Shown piece by piece: positions 50,579 through 59,160 of a DNA stretch of 64,000 nt. Both the position numbers and the translations under genes were made by a program. How positions within the stretch are numbered: the stretch's first letter is position 1; every line of letters begins with the position of its first letter. Below the pieces are notes generated by a model. That model did no database searches. It was given only the letters and a program-made list of their open reading frames with translations, and had not been told where the DNA came from. The stretch is taken from NCBI GenBank assembly GCA_964474985.1, contig CAYYUW010000040.1, forward strand, positions 5,383-69,382, in the 5' to 3' direction. This DNA comes from an uncultured Alistipes sp. (GTDB lineage Bacteria; Bacteroidota; Bacteroidia; Bacteroidales; Rikenellaceae).

Positions 50579-51043
50579 ATGAAACGATCGATTATTCTCA
50601 CCATTCTGTGCTGCCTCGCCTTGGGGCGCATTGCGGCACAGGATATCGTGATCGGCGAGCGCGTTCCCGAAATCAAACCGACGGAGTGGCTCGGTCAGCA
50701 GCCCGATGCTTCGGACAAGCGGCCGACGCTGATCGTGTTTTTCCATACCGAGAGCGACCCCTGCGTCGATATGCTGCCGCATCTCGATTCGCTCGGCCGC
50801 AGCGTCCGCCAGATGAAGATATTGGTTATGGCTATGGAACCCAAGGAGCGCATAGCTCCTTCGCTGGCGCGTTATCTGGGCGACGGATTTTTCGCGGCAG
50901 TGGACAGCACCGGCAAATCATTCGCCTCGTACGGCATCAAATACGTTCCGTTCTGCGTACTCGTGGATTCGCGCGGGCGCGCCCTGTGGATCGGCAATCC
51001 GGTGCTGGCGACCGAGGAAACCTTACGTAAAAACCTGAAGTGA
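50579..51043 (+). CDS. Exported thioredoxin-fold (TlpA/redoxin-like) protein with SxxC in place of CxxC
   Basis: Signal peptide, IGERVPEI, LIVFFHTESDPC, YGIKYVPFCVLVD. Confidence 0.75.
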   Translation: MKRSIILTILCCLALGRIAAQDIVIGERVPEIKPTEWLGQQPDASDKRPTLIVFFHTESDPCVDMLPHLDSLGRSVRQMKILVMAMEPKERIAPSLARYLGDGFFAAVDSTGKSFASYGIKYVPFCVLVDSRGRALWIGNPVLATEETLRKNLK

Positions 51044-51044
51044 A

Positions 51045-52163
51045 ATGACATTTACCAAAATAGAACACTACGAGAAGGAGCATTGCGAAATGCACCATGA
51101 CAGCGCTCTGAAGGTCAATGACGGCGTGAGCGAGCAGCCCATCGTCAATCCCTATTTCGTGCGCAAGCGCAAGCGGAGCCTTACCGCCGACGATTATGTA
51201 CGGGGCATTCTGGCTTCGGACATCACGGTGCTGTCGCAGGCTATCACGCTTATCGAGAGCAACAACCCCGATCACTACGCCATGGCGCAGCAGATCATCG
51301 AGCGCTGTCTGCCGCACAGCGGCCGCTCGGTGCGCATCGGCATTACCGGCGTCCCGGGTGCGGGCAAGTCGACCTTCATCGAGGCCGTGGGCGGTATGGT
51401 CACCTCGCGCGGCCATAAGCTGGCCGTGCTGGCCATAGACCCGAGTTCGGAGCGCAGCGGCGGTTCGATCCTCGGCGACAAGACCCGTATGGAGAGCATC
51501 TGCAACAATCCCGATGTGTTTATCCGTCCTTCGCCCTCGGCCGGCTCGCTGGGCGGCGTGGCGCGCAAGACCCGCGAGACGGTGGTGCTGTGCGAGGCTG
51601 CCGGTTTCGACGTGGTATTCATCGAGACGGTGGGCGTGGGCCAGTCCGAGACCGCCGTGCATTCGATGGTCGATATGTTTATGCTGCTGCAGATTTCGGG
51701 CGCCGGCGACGAGCTTCAGGGTATCAAGCGCGGCATTATGGAGATGGCCGATATGATGGTCATAACCAAGGCCGACGGCGAGAATGTCCTCAAGGCCAAG
51801 CTGGCGCGGCGCCAGTTCCAGAATGCGCTGATGCTTTTCCCGCTGTCGGAGTCGCAGTGGCGCCCCGTCGTCTACACCTGCTCGTCGGTCGACCGCACGG
51901 GGCTTGGGGAGGTGTGGAAAGGCGTGGAGGAATATTTGGCCTTCATCCGGAACAACGGCTATTTCCAGCAAAACCGCAACCGCCAGAACAAGTACTGGAT
52001 GTACGAAACCATAAACGACGCCCTGCGCAGCAGCTTCTACCTGAACGGGAAGATCGAGAAGGCGATACCCGAATACGAACGCAAGGTTTTGGAGGATCGC
52101 ATCAGCTCGTTCATCGCAGCCAAGGAACTGCTCGATATGTACTTCGGCGAAAACGGCAAGTGA
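51045..52163 (+). CDS. meaB: Methylmalonyl-CoA mutase-associated GTPase MeaB
   Basis: GITGVPGAGKST, AIDPSS..GGSILGDKTRM, ETVGVGQSE, TKAD. Confidence 0.95.
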   Translation: MTFTKIEHYEKEHCEMHHDSALKVNDGVSEQPIVNPYFVRKRKRSLTADDYVRGILASDITVLSQAITLIESNNPDHYAMAQQIIERCLPHSGRSVRIGITGVPGAGKSTFIEAVGGMVTSRGHKLAVLAIDPSSERSGGSILGDKTRMESICNNPDVFIRPSPSAGSLGGVARKTRETVVLCEAAGFDVVFIETVGVGQSETAVHSMVDMFMLLQISGAGDELQGIKRGIMEMADMMVITKADGENVLKAKLARRQFQNALMLFPLSESQWRPVVYTCSSVDRTGLGEVWKGVEEYLAFIRNNGYFQQNRNRQNKYWMYETINDALRSSFYLNGKIEKAIPEYERKVLEDRISSFIAAKELLDMYFGENGK

Positions 52164-53530
52164 TGCTGCGGGCGATTATCTGTACTCTGCTGTCGCTTCT
52201 GTGCCTCGATGCGGCCGGTACGACAATAGAAGGGACTGTAGCCCGCGAGGGCAGCCGCCGTTTAGTGTTCCGCTATGCCGATCTGTATGCGGGCGAGTCG
52301 AAGGTGGCGGTGCAGACGGCCGAGGGGCGTTTCTGCGCCGAGATCGATTTGCCGGCCCTGACCGAGGTGGAGATTATGGAGGGCGACCGGCGGTTGGCCA
52401 GAGTGCTGCTCGCCCCCGAGCAGAGCCTGAGAATCGAAAATGTCGATTCGCTGCCCTCGTTCTCAGGCGAGGCGGCCGAGATAAACCGACTGCTGGCCGA
52501 CTATGACTCCTATATGAATTTCGGCAGTTACACTCCCGCATACGGAATGGCCGATGCCGCCCGTTTCGTCGAGGCGCTCGACCGGAATATGGCGATCGAG
52601 CGGCGGCGTATGCGCGAACGGCTGGCTGAGGCGCCCGCACAGCTGCGCCGCTGGGCCGAGACAGAAATCACCTATCGCAACGCCCTGTACGCCGACAACT
52701 ATGCACAGCGCAACAATACGACCGACTCCGTGACGCTGGCGATATTGTACGACGAGTCGCGTTTTTCATTGGATACATCGGGGCGGGTGTCGATCGACTA
52801 CCGCCGCTATCTGTCGCGGTCGGTGTGGCGGCGTTTCCTCACGGCATACGAGCCGGCGGCATATCTGCTTCGCCAGCGCGATCGCATCGCCGCCTGCACG
52901 GCCGTATGCAACCACATCGCCGCCACGCAGCCCGAAGGTTATCGGTGCGATCTGCTGTGTGCCGTGGCTCTCAATGACATAGCTGGCGAATTCAACTACT
53001 ACACCTTTGCCCGAGTATTAGAGCGCGTACACGACTCGGCCTTTTCCGACGGCGAGCCGTTGGCTCGGATGGACGAAATGCGCCGGACGTCGGGACGTCG
53101 GGCCGATATGAGGCGTTTCTGCGAAGGCAGCTTCGACCGCCTGCTCGAGGAGTCGTACAGCAAGGTGATATATGTCGATGTGTGGGCGGTATGGTGCCGC
53201 CCCTGCCTCAAGGAGATGAAGTTCGGCCGCCGGTTGGAGGAGCGTATGGCCGGCGAGCCTGTCGAGTTCGTGTCGCTGTGCGTGCGGTCGCCCTACGACC
53301 AGTGGTCGATGACGGTGGATACGCCTGACAACCGAACGGTGAACTACTATCTCGATCAGAGCAGCGTCGCCATACTCGACAACTACCTGAGGGTGCGCTC
53401 CTATCCCCGTTTCGCGGTGCTGTGCAACGGCCGTATCGCAAATGAAAACATACAGCGCCCCTCGTCGGGCGAGTTGATCGAGGGAATGCTCCGCGAGTAT
53501 GTGTCTCAACTGCGCGATGTCGGCAGATGA
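52163..53530 (+). CDS. TlpA-family disulfide reductase (C-terminal thioredoxin domain)
   Basis: Signal peptide MLRAIICTLL, YVDVWAVWCRPCLKEM; real start at ATG overlapping the meaB stop. Confidence 0.82.
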   Translation: MLRAIICTLLSLLCLDAAGTTIEGTVAREGSRRLVFRYADLYAGESKVAVQTAEGRFCAEIDLPALTEVEIMEGDRRLARVLLAPEQSLRIENVDSLPSFSGEAAEINRLLADYDSYMNFGSYTPAYGMADAARFVEALDRNMAIERRRMRERLAEAPAQLRRWAETEITYRNALYADNYAQRNNTTDSVTLAILYDESRFSLDTSGRVSIDYRRYLSRSVWRRFLTAYEPAAYLLRQRDRIAACTAVCNHIAATQPEGYRCDLLCAVALNDIAGEFNYYTFARVLERVHDSAFSDGEPLARMDEMRRTSGRRADMRRFCEGSFDRLLEESYSKVIYVDVWAVWCRPCLKEMKFGRRLEERMAGEPVEFVSLCVRSPYDQWSMTVDTPDNRTVNYYLDQSSVAILDNYLRVRSYPRFAVLCNGRIANENIQRPSSGELIEGMLREYVSQLRDVGR

Positions 53531-54444
53531 AAAAAGATAATGTTATGACGAAGAAACTTTCTGCCTATGTGGCTTCCTGCCGTCTGCGGACGCTGCCGCT
53601 GTCCGTGGCGGGCATATTGTCCGGTACGCTGCTGGCTTGTGCCGAGGACGAGTTCCACGCGCTGCGTTTCGTGCTTGCCGTGGTGACGGTGCTGCTGTTG
53701 CAGGTACTCTCGAATGTGGCCAACGAGTTGGGCGATACGCTGCACGGCACCGATAGAGACGACCGCAAGGGTATGACCTATTCGCTCCAGAGCGGTGCGC
53801 TGACAGTGGCTGACCTGCGCCGGCTGATCGTGTGGCTGGTGGTGCTGTCGGCCGTGAGCGGTGTGGCGCTGGTCGCCTCGTCGTTCAATGCGCTCTTCTC
53901 ACGCGAGGGTATCGTGATGTTGGTTTTGGGCGGCTGCGCCATTCTGGCGGCCTTGGGGTATACGCTCGGCCGGCACCCATACGGGTATATGGGGCTGGGC
54001 GACCTGTTCGTCTTCCTGTTTTTCGGTCTGCTCAGCACTATGGGCGCCTTTTTCCTTATGACCGGACGTGTGGATGCAGTTGTCGCACTGCCGGCGGCGG
54101 CTTGCGGATTGCTTTCGGTGGGCGTGTTGAATATCAATAATATGCGTGATGCTGACACCGACCGCAAAACCCGCATTACGATCCCCGTGCTGATAGGTGA
54201 GCGGCGTGCCAAGGTCTATCAAACGCTGCTCGAAACGCTGCCGCTGGCGGCATTGGCGGCGTATTGCGCCATTCGCGACAGCCGTTGGCCGGCATATCTG
54301 TTTCTGCTGTTCGTGCCTCTGTTCGCGGTGCACATTTACGGCGTGTGGCGGAGTACGGACAGCCAGCTGGATCGCCGGCTGCCGGAGCTGTCGGTGCTGA
54401 CGCTCGCACTGTGCATCTGCTTCGGAATATTGCAAAACGTATGA
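53527..54444 (+). CDS. menA: 1,4-dihydroxy-2-naphthoate octaprenyltransferase
   Basis: RLRTLPLS, QVLSNVANELGD...GTD, PYGY.GLGD, LNINNMRD. Confidence 0.92.
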   Translation: MKKDNVMTKKLSAYVASCRLRTLPLSVAGILSGTLLACAEDEFHALRFVLAVVTVLLLQVLSNVANELGDTLHGTDRDDRKGMTYSLQSGALTVADLRRLIVWLVVLSAVSGVALVASSFNALFSREGIVMLVLGGCAILAALGYTLGRHPYGYMGLGDLFVFLFFGLLSTMGAFFLMTGRVDAVVALPAAACGLLSVGVLNINNMRDADTDRKTRITIPVLIGERRAKVYQTLLETLPLAALAAYCAIRDSRWPAYLFLLFVPLFAVHIYGVWRSTDSQLDRRLPELSVLTLALCICFGILQNV

Positions 54445-54448
54445 TGCT

Positions 54449-54580
54449 ATGAACAGACTGCTGCTCGAGGGGTGCATCCTCGTTGAGCAGGATGTGCGCG
54501 GCCGCTGGCAGAGCGAGGGCGAGTTCGTGCAGGTGCGTCCCTTTGCCGCAGACAAGAGCAGCGGCACCCGTCGAGGATAA
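54449..54580 (+). pseudogene. 43-aa remnant of a CocE/NonD (alpha-amino-acid ester hydrolase-like) gene
   Basis: Translates to MNRLLLEGCILVEQDVRGRWQSEGEFVQVRPF..., matching the QDVRG..SEG.F...RP motif; the rest of the enzyme is absent. Confidence 0.65.
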
Positions 54581-54613
54581 TTTTCCACAGGCAGTAATGC
54601 CGCTTGCGGCCGG

Positions 54614-55561
54614 TCACTGTGCGAAATTGGCCCGCACGTAATCCATCAGCGAGAAGTTTTTGTCTGCTTCGGGGCTGTCTGTCCGGCGTGACGAGGTATC
54701 GATGATAAGCGGCAGCCGGTCGGTGACGAACTTGTCGAGGAACGAGTCGATATCCGACAGGTGGTCGTGCATCGGGGAGACGGCTATGGAGTGGTCGGCA
54801 TTGTGTATCGAGTAGAACCAGTGCGGAATGTTGCCGGCAGAGAGCGATGCCGCGATCGACTTCGATCCGAAGAATGCCAGCGGATCCTCGCGCAGTACGT
54901 CGTAGGGCACGTTGCTGTCGGCGTCGCCGTGGAACAGCAGCATCGGTGCCGGAGCGCTGCTCCACTCAAGGCGGCCGTCGAAAGAGAGTATGGCGCCCGC
55001 GAACGATATTACGCCCGAGTAGTCGAAACCTTCGGGCAGCATTCGGGCGAGGAGCCGGCGGTTGGCTATTTCGTATTCGGCATGCAGAACCGTGATGGCG
55101 CCGGCGCTCGAGCCGCTGGCGGCGATGCGCTGCGGGTCGATATTCCACCTTTCGGCGTTGTCTATTGCGTATGCGGTGGCACTGAACAGATCCTCGACGG
55201 CCATCGAGATCGATCCGGTGAGCGCCTTGACGAACGACATCGGGTCTGTCAGTCCTGCAGCGGCGGCCGTGCGCAGCCCCAGCCTGTAGTCTATCGACAC
55301 CACGTCGAAGCCTCTGCGGACTAAGTGTTCGAAGTAGGGCATATATTGCTCGGCATCGCGCTGCCCCGAGACGAATCCTCCGCCGAAGACGAAGAACATA
55401 CAGGGGCGCGGCTGCAGGCTCTCGGCCTGCGAGGTGTAGCGGTCGAGATAGAGCGAATCGGTCCCCTTGACCGCATACAGCTCGGTCGAGCGGACGATAT
55501 TCTGCGCCGCGGCCGAGGCGGCGAGGAGACACAGCGCTAAAGCGATTATCGACTTTTTCAT
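54614..55561 (-). CDS. Exported alpha/beta hydrolase (carboxylesterase-like)
   Basis: FGGGF oxyanion motif, SIDYRLG, GSSAG, FHGDADSNVP, H near C-terminus. Confidence 0.88.
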   Translation of the reverse strand: MKKSIIALALCLLAASAAAQNIVRSTELYAVKGTDSLYLDRYTSQAESLQPRPCMFFVFGGGFVSGQRDAEQYMPYFEHLVRRGFDVVSIDYRLGLRTAAAAGLTDPMSFVKALTGSISMAVEDLFSATAYAIDNAERWNIDPQRIAASGSSAGAITVLHAEYEIANRRLLARMLPEGFDYSGVISFAGAILSFDGRLEWSSAPAPMLLFHGDADSNVPYDVLREDPLAFFGSKSIAASLSAGNIPHWFYSIHNADHSIAVSPMHDHLSDIDSFLDKFVTDRLPLIIDTSSRRTDSPEADKNFSLMDYVRANFAQ

Positions 55562-55637
55562 AATTCCGTGGTTTTTTAAGACTGTTTGCCGGAGGCAAAT
55601 ATAGTGCAATTCGCGCGATCGTCATAGCGCGGCGCCC

Positions 55638-55669
55638 AAAAAAAAGAGACGCCCCCTAAAGGAGGCGTC
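55638..55669 (-). terminator. Intrinsic terminator after hpf
   Basis: GACGCC/GGCGTC stem followed by T8 on the minus strand. Confidence 0.7.
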
Positions 55670-55692
55670 CGGTCGGCCTGTTTGGGACCGAT

Positions 55693-55989
55693 CTATTTGG
55701 TCCACTTGTCCTTGTGCTTTTCGAGCTGTTTTTTCAGTGCGTCGATCGACTGGTCGACGGCCTCTTCGAACGTCTTGCAGCGACTCTCGGCCACCAGTTC
55801 GTCGCCCGGCATCTGGATCGAGATCGTCGCTACCTTGTTCCCGCGTTCGACGTCTTTGTCGAGTTTCAGCGTAACATCGGCTGAAACAGCGCGCTCGGCG
55901 AAGCGGTCGAGCTTGGCCATCTTTTTCTCTACGAATTCCACCAACTTGCTGTCGGCATCGAATTTCACGGATTGAATCTTCACGTTCAT
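55693..55989 (-). CDS. hpf: Ribosome hibernation promoting factor / RaiA
   Basis: MNVKIQSVKFDA..KL.EFVEKK..KL..F, TFEEAVD. Confidence 0.92.
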   Translation of the reverse strand: MNVKIQSVKFDADSKLVEFVEKKMAKLDRFAERAVSADVTLKLDKDVERGNKVATISIQMPGDELVAESRCKTFEEAVDQSIDALKKQLEKHKDKWTK

Positions 55990-55991
55990 AA

Positions 55992-56936
55992 TTAATCCTC
56001 CTTAGTATGTTTATCCGTCCGAGGACGGGAGTTATGCTCGCGCTGGTGCGGGTGCGCACGGTCGTAAGCCTTTTTCAGCGAGGCGATGCTGTTGTGGGTG
56101 TACCGCTGTGTCGATGCCAGCGACGAGTGCCCCAGCAGCATCTGTATCTCCCGAATGTCGGCGCCTCCTTCGAGCAGATGCGTGGCGAACGTGTGCCGCA
56201 ATACGTGCGGACTGCGTTTGCCGGCGACTCCGTTCTCCGTGAGACGGCTCTTGACGGCACGGTAAACCGTTATTCGGGCTATACGCTTGCCTTTTGGTGA
56301 TAAAAATAACGCTTTTTCTCCGGAATTGCAAATATTTTGCCTCGAAACAGTATCCAAATAGTGCAAAATATTTTCGCGGACCGTCTCTAATACGGGAACG
56401 ATGCGCTCCTTGTTGCCTTTTCCCCTTACCTTCAGCGAGGTATAGTCAGATGAAAAGTCGCTGCGGTCGATACCCACCAATTCGGCCAGACGCAGCCCCA
56501 TAGTGTAGAACATCATTATGATGAGCGAATCGCGGACCTCGACGAACTCGTCGCCGCTGCATTTGCTTTCGGCATCGCTGACGATGCGCTTCATGTCTTT
56601 CGACTTGACGAACGCAGGCAGCCGCTTGGGCGTGCGCTGATGTACCGTTCCGACGAACGGATCGGTGTCGACCTGTCCGGTCAGCCTCAGCCAGCGGTAG
56701 AAGCTGCGCACGGACGACAGCGTGCGGTTGATCGACGCAGCCCCGAGCCGTGCGGCCGTCAGGTCGACCGTCCAGTCGCTTATGTCCTCGCGCCGGATCG
56801 ATTTGGGGTCAAAATCCTCGGGGCGGCCTCCGGTGACAAAGTCGATGAACCGCTGCGTATCGCGGCGGTAGTTGCGCACGGTCAGCGGCGAGAAGCGTTT
56901 CTCGACCTCGAGATATCGTATGAAGCGTTCGATCAC
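55992..56936 (-). CDS. xerC: XerC/XerD-type tyrosine recombinase
   Basis: GLRLAEL, GKGNKER, SPHVLRHTFATHLL.GGAD, LLGHSSLASTQRYTH; adjacent to hpf as usual in Bacteroidota. Confidence 0.85.
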   Translation of the reverse strand: MIERFIRYLEVEKRFSPLTVRNYRRDTQRFIDFVTGGRPEDFDPKSIRREDISDWTVDLTAARLGAASINRTLSSVRSFYRWLRLTGQVDTDPFVGTVHQRTPKRLPAFVKSKDMKRIVSDAESKCSGDEFVEVRDSLIIMMFYTMGLRLAELVGIDRSDFSSDYTSLKVRGKGNKERIVPVLETVRENILHYLDTVSRQNICNSGEKALFLSPKGKRIARITVYRAVKSRLTENGVAGKRSPHVLRHTFATHLLEGGADIREIQMLLGHSSLASTQRYTHNSIASLKKAYDRAHPHQREHNSRPRTDKHTKED

Positions 56937-56994
56937 TTGGCGGATGTTTTGAAGCCAAAGTTACGAATAAGCGAGAGCAAAAGCAAGAAACCTT

Positions 56995-57124
56995 AAAACA
57001 AAAAGATGGGAGGGAATCTCACGATTGCCTCCCATCCTCAAGGGATTTTCACCCTTAAAACTACTAACCCAAACTTAAATAAATGAAGAAACCTTTTATT
57101 GCGGTACGGCTGGTACCGCAACGT
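56995..57124 (-). ncRNA. Candidate sigma54-dependent small RNA (~130 nt)
   Basis: Downstream of a -24/-12 promoter; two internal hairpins and an intrinsic terminator GATGGGAGG/CCTCCCATC + TTTTTGTTTT; no ORF on this strand. Confidence 0.6.
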
Positions 57125-57134
57125 CGTATTCAAT

Positions 57135-57151
57135 CGCAAAAGCTGTGCCAA
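57135..57151 (-). promoter_or_regulatory. Sigma54-type -24/-12 promoter
   Basis: TTGGCACAGCTTTTGCG on the minus strand, near-consensus TGGCAC-N5-TTGC. Confidence 0.7.
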
Positions 57152-57236
57152 TGCGGGCGTTCGCGGCTGTTAAATCGGTTTTGCGACCGTTTGCACGCTA
57201 TTTGCGATGTTTCGGAATGAACTGTTAAAAATATGT

Positions 57237-57668
57237 ATGATGAAAAATGTATTGTTTATGCTTGCGGCGGTGCTGTCAGCGCTGACCGCCGCGGCCGGAG
57301 ACCGCCGGATCGCCTTTGCCGATCTGCCGCAGCCGGCACGCATATTTGTCGAACGCCACTTCGACCGCACGAGGGTGATCTCGGTGTACGAAGACGAGGG
57401 CCGGCGCAAGGAGTACGAGGTGGAGCTGTCCGACGGCAGCGAGATCGAATTCGATGCCTCTGGCAACTGGACCAAGGTAAAGGCCGGCGGCCGCGAGGTG
57501 CCTCGGAGTGTGCTGCCGGCTGCCGTTATTCGCTATACCGCAGCTGAATATCCCGAGCTGTCGGTGGTGCAGATCGAAAGGCACGGCCGCGGCTACGAGG
57601 TCGAGCTGTCCGATGACCGCGAACTGCTTTTCGACGCTTCGGGTCGGGTGGTGAAGATCGACGACTGA
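57237..57668 (+). CDS. PepSY-like (beta-lactamase-inhibitor-like) periplasmic protein
   Basis: Signal peptide and two repeats of LP..A..F/Y....F/YP...YEVELSD..E..FDASG. Confidence 0.88.
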   Translation: MMKNVLFMLAAVLSALTAAAGDRRIAFADLPQPARIFVERHFDRTRVISVYEDEGRRKEYEVELSDGSEIEFDASGNWTKVKAGGREVPRSVLPAAVIRYTAAEYPELSVVQIERHGRGYEVELSDDRELLFDASGRVVKIDD

Positions 57669-57674
57669 AAAATG

Positions 57675-57708
57675 TGTGGCGGCACCGAAAGGTACCGCCA
57701 CAAGTTTT
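57675..57708. terminator. Terminator between convergent genes
   Basis: TGTGGCGGYACC-GAAA-GGTRCCGCCACA. Confidence 0.75.
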
Positions 57709-57726
57709 CTGACAGGGCAGGATCGA

Positions 57727-58767
57727 TCATACGCCGAACAGGAATTGGAACGGGCGGGTTACCTTGCGGAATTTCGATGTGGCATCGCCGTCGTATGCGG
57801 TTCCGTCGCTGAGGATCAGCACCCGCTCGGGAGCGCCTGCAGAGAAGTCGATCTTTTTCAGGTCGACGTGGAATGTCTCCATCGACAGCGTAGGCTCGAA
57901 GTAGTAAACCCTGTTTTTCTGGTCGGCGACCGAGCGCCAGCGCGTCGAGGCGATATGCGGACTGTCAGGAGTAGAGATGCCGTACGGAACGGATACGTTG
58001 CGCATTACCGACATTACGGCCGGAACGGCGATCTCCGCATCGGGCGTCTGCACGATCGCATCGATGTAGAACGACGCCCGCACGAAACGGTCCGAGGAGC
58101 GGTTGGTGCCCGGCAGCATCTTCAGCCCGCCGATCTGTTTCCAGTAGTCGTTCACGGCCAGCTGCAGATTGTAGGCGGGCGAGTTGGTCAGAACCCGATA
58201 GCTCCGGTCGTGGTAGATCACCAACCGCCCGTCGATATATTCGAGTACGGCGTTGTCGCCCGAGGCATCGGTTATGGCCAAGTGCAGTCGGGCCTGTACG
58301 CCGTTGGGCAGGTCAGGCGCATCGATGCGGAACTTTTCTTTGGACAGTTCGGCTACGGCTTCATCCACTGTGGCGAAGTTGTCGAGTACGTATTGTGTCC
58401 AGATGCTCAGGCCCATAACCGGCCGTTTGTCGTCGGGCGATTCGTAAACCGTTTCGGGCAGGAACAGCAGGCTCGCGACAAGCCCCTTTTCGTTCATGCC
58501 GTCGCAAATGCCGATGTCGTAACCGGCGGCCGAGAGCGACCCGTATTTCGAAGTCCACGTTATGGTGTTGCCGCTTTTGGCGCCGCGCCGTTCCATTCCG
58601 CGCGGGAAAATGTAGAGATTGGTAAGGGGATCTTCGCGCCAGTCCATGGTGCGGCCGGTGATGATCATATCCTCGGGACCCTCGTAGACCGCACGGGTGC
58701 AGGCTTCGATCTGGCCGCCGACAAGCAGTCCTGCGATGCAGGATGACAGTTGTAATACTCTTTTCAT
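57727..58767 (-). CDS. Linear amide C-N hydrolase (choloylglycine hydrolase / penicillin V acylase family), exported
   Basis: Signal peptide then catalytic Cys (CTRAVY), GRTMDW, DGMNEKGL, LTNSP, LPG...SSDRFVRA. Confidence 0.9.
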   Translation of the reverse strand: MKRVLQLSSCIAGLLVGGQIEACTRAVYEGPEDMIITGRTMDWREDPLTNLYIFPRGMERRGAKSGNTITWTSKYGSLSAAGYDIGICDGMNEKGLVASLLFLPETVYESPDDKRPVMGLSIWTQYVLDNFATVDEAVAELSKEKFRIDAPDLPNGVQARLHLAITDASGDNAVLEYIDGRLVIYHDRSYRVLTNSPAYNLQLAVNDYWKQIGGLKMLPGTNRSSDRFVRASFYIDAIVQTPDAEIAVPAVMSVMRNVSVPYGISTPDSPHIASTRWRSVADQKNRVYYFEPTLSMETFHVDLKKIDFSAGAPERVLILSDGTAYDGDATSKFRKVTRPFQFLFGV

Positions 58768-58893
58768 ATTGGAATGCAATTTACAACCGGCTTTGCAAAA
58801 ATAGTGCTAACGCGCACCGCGGACAGCCGCTTGCCGAAAGGGCATAAAAAAATCGCAAGCAGCCGGACAGGATTGCTTGCGATTTCAATCGGG

Positions 58894-58964
58894 AGGTCTG
58901 AAGCGGACTCGAACCGCTGTATCAGCTTTTGCAGAGCTGTGCCTAGCCACTCGGCCATCAGACC
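58894..58964 (-). tRNA. tRNA-Cys (GCA)
   Basis: GGTCTGATGGCCGAGTGGCTAGGCACAGCTCTGCAAAAGCTGATACAGCGGTTCGAGTCCGCTTCAGACCT cloverleaf; terminator at about 58846-58885. Confidence 0.96.
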
Positions 58965-59160
58965 ATTTCGCTCTTTTGCGGATGCAAATATAAGAGATAT
59001 TTCCGCAAAATCCAAAACTTTGCGGCGGCGATCGTCATTTTTATTCGATTTTTGCGGTTTTATGCCTTTTATCCTGTTGCAGGGCCGGTCGATGCGGAGA
59101 TAATTTGCGGTCGGGCAGATTTTCGTATCGAAAAAACATTATCTTTGCAGAACAGAAACA

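Noticed and set aside
51590..52162. 646-aa version of the TlpA ORF
   Set aside because: The first ~190 codons overlap meaB out of frame; the signal peptide begins at 52163
55992..56936. xerC-like gene as a prophage or ICE integrase
   Set aside because: Xer-type motifs, housekeeping context with hpf, and no phage or conjugation genes
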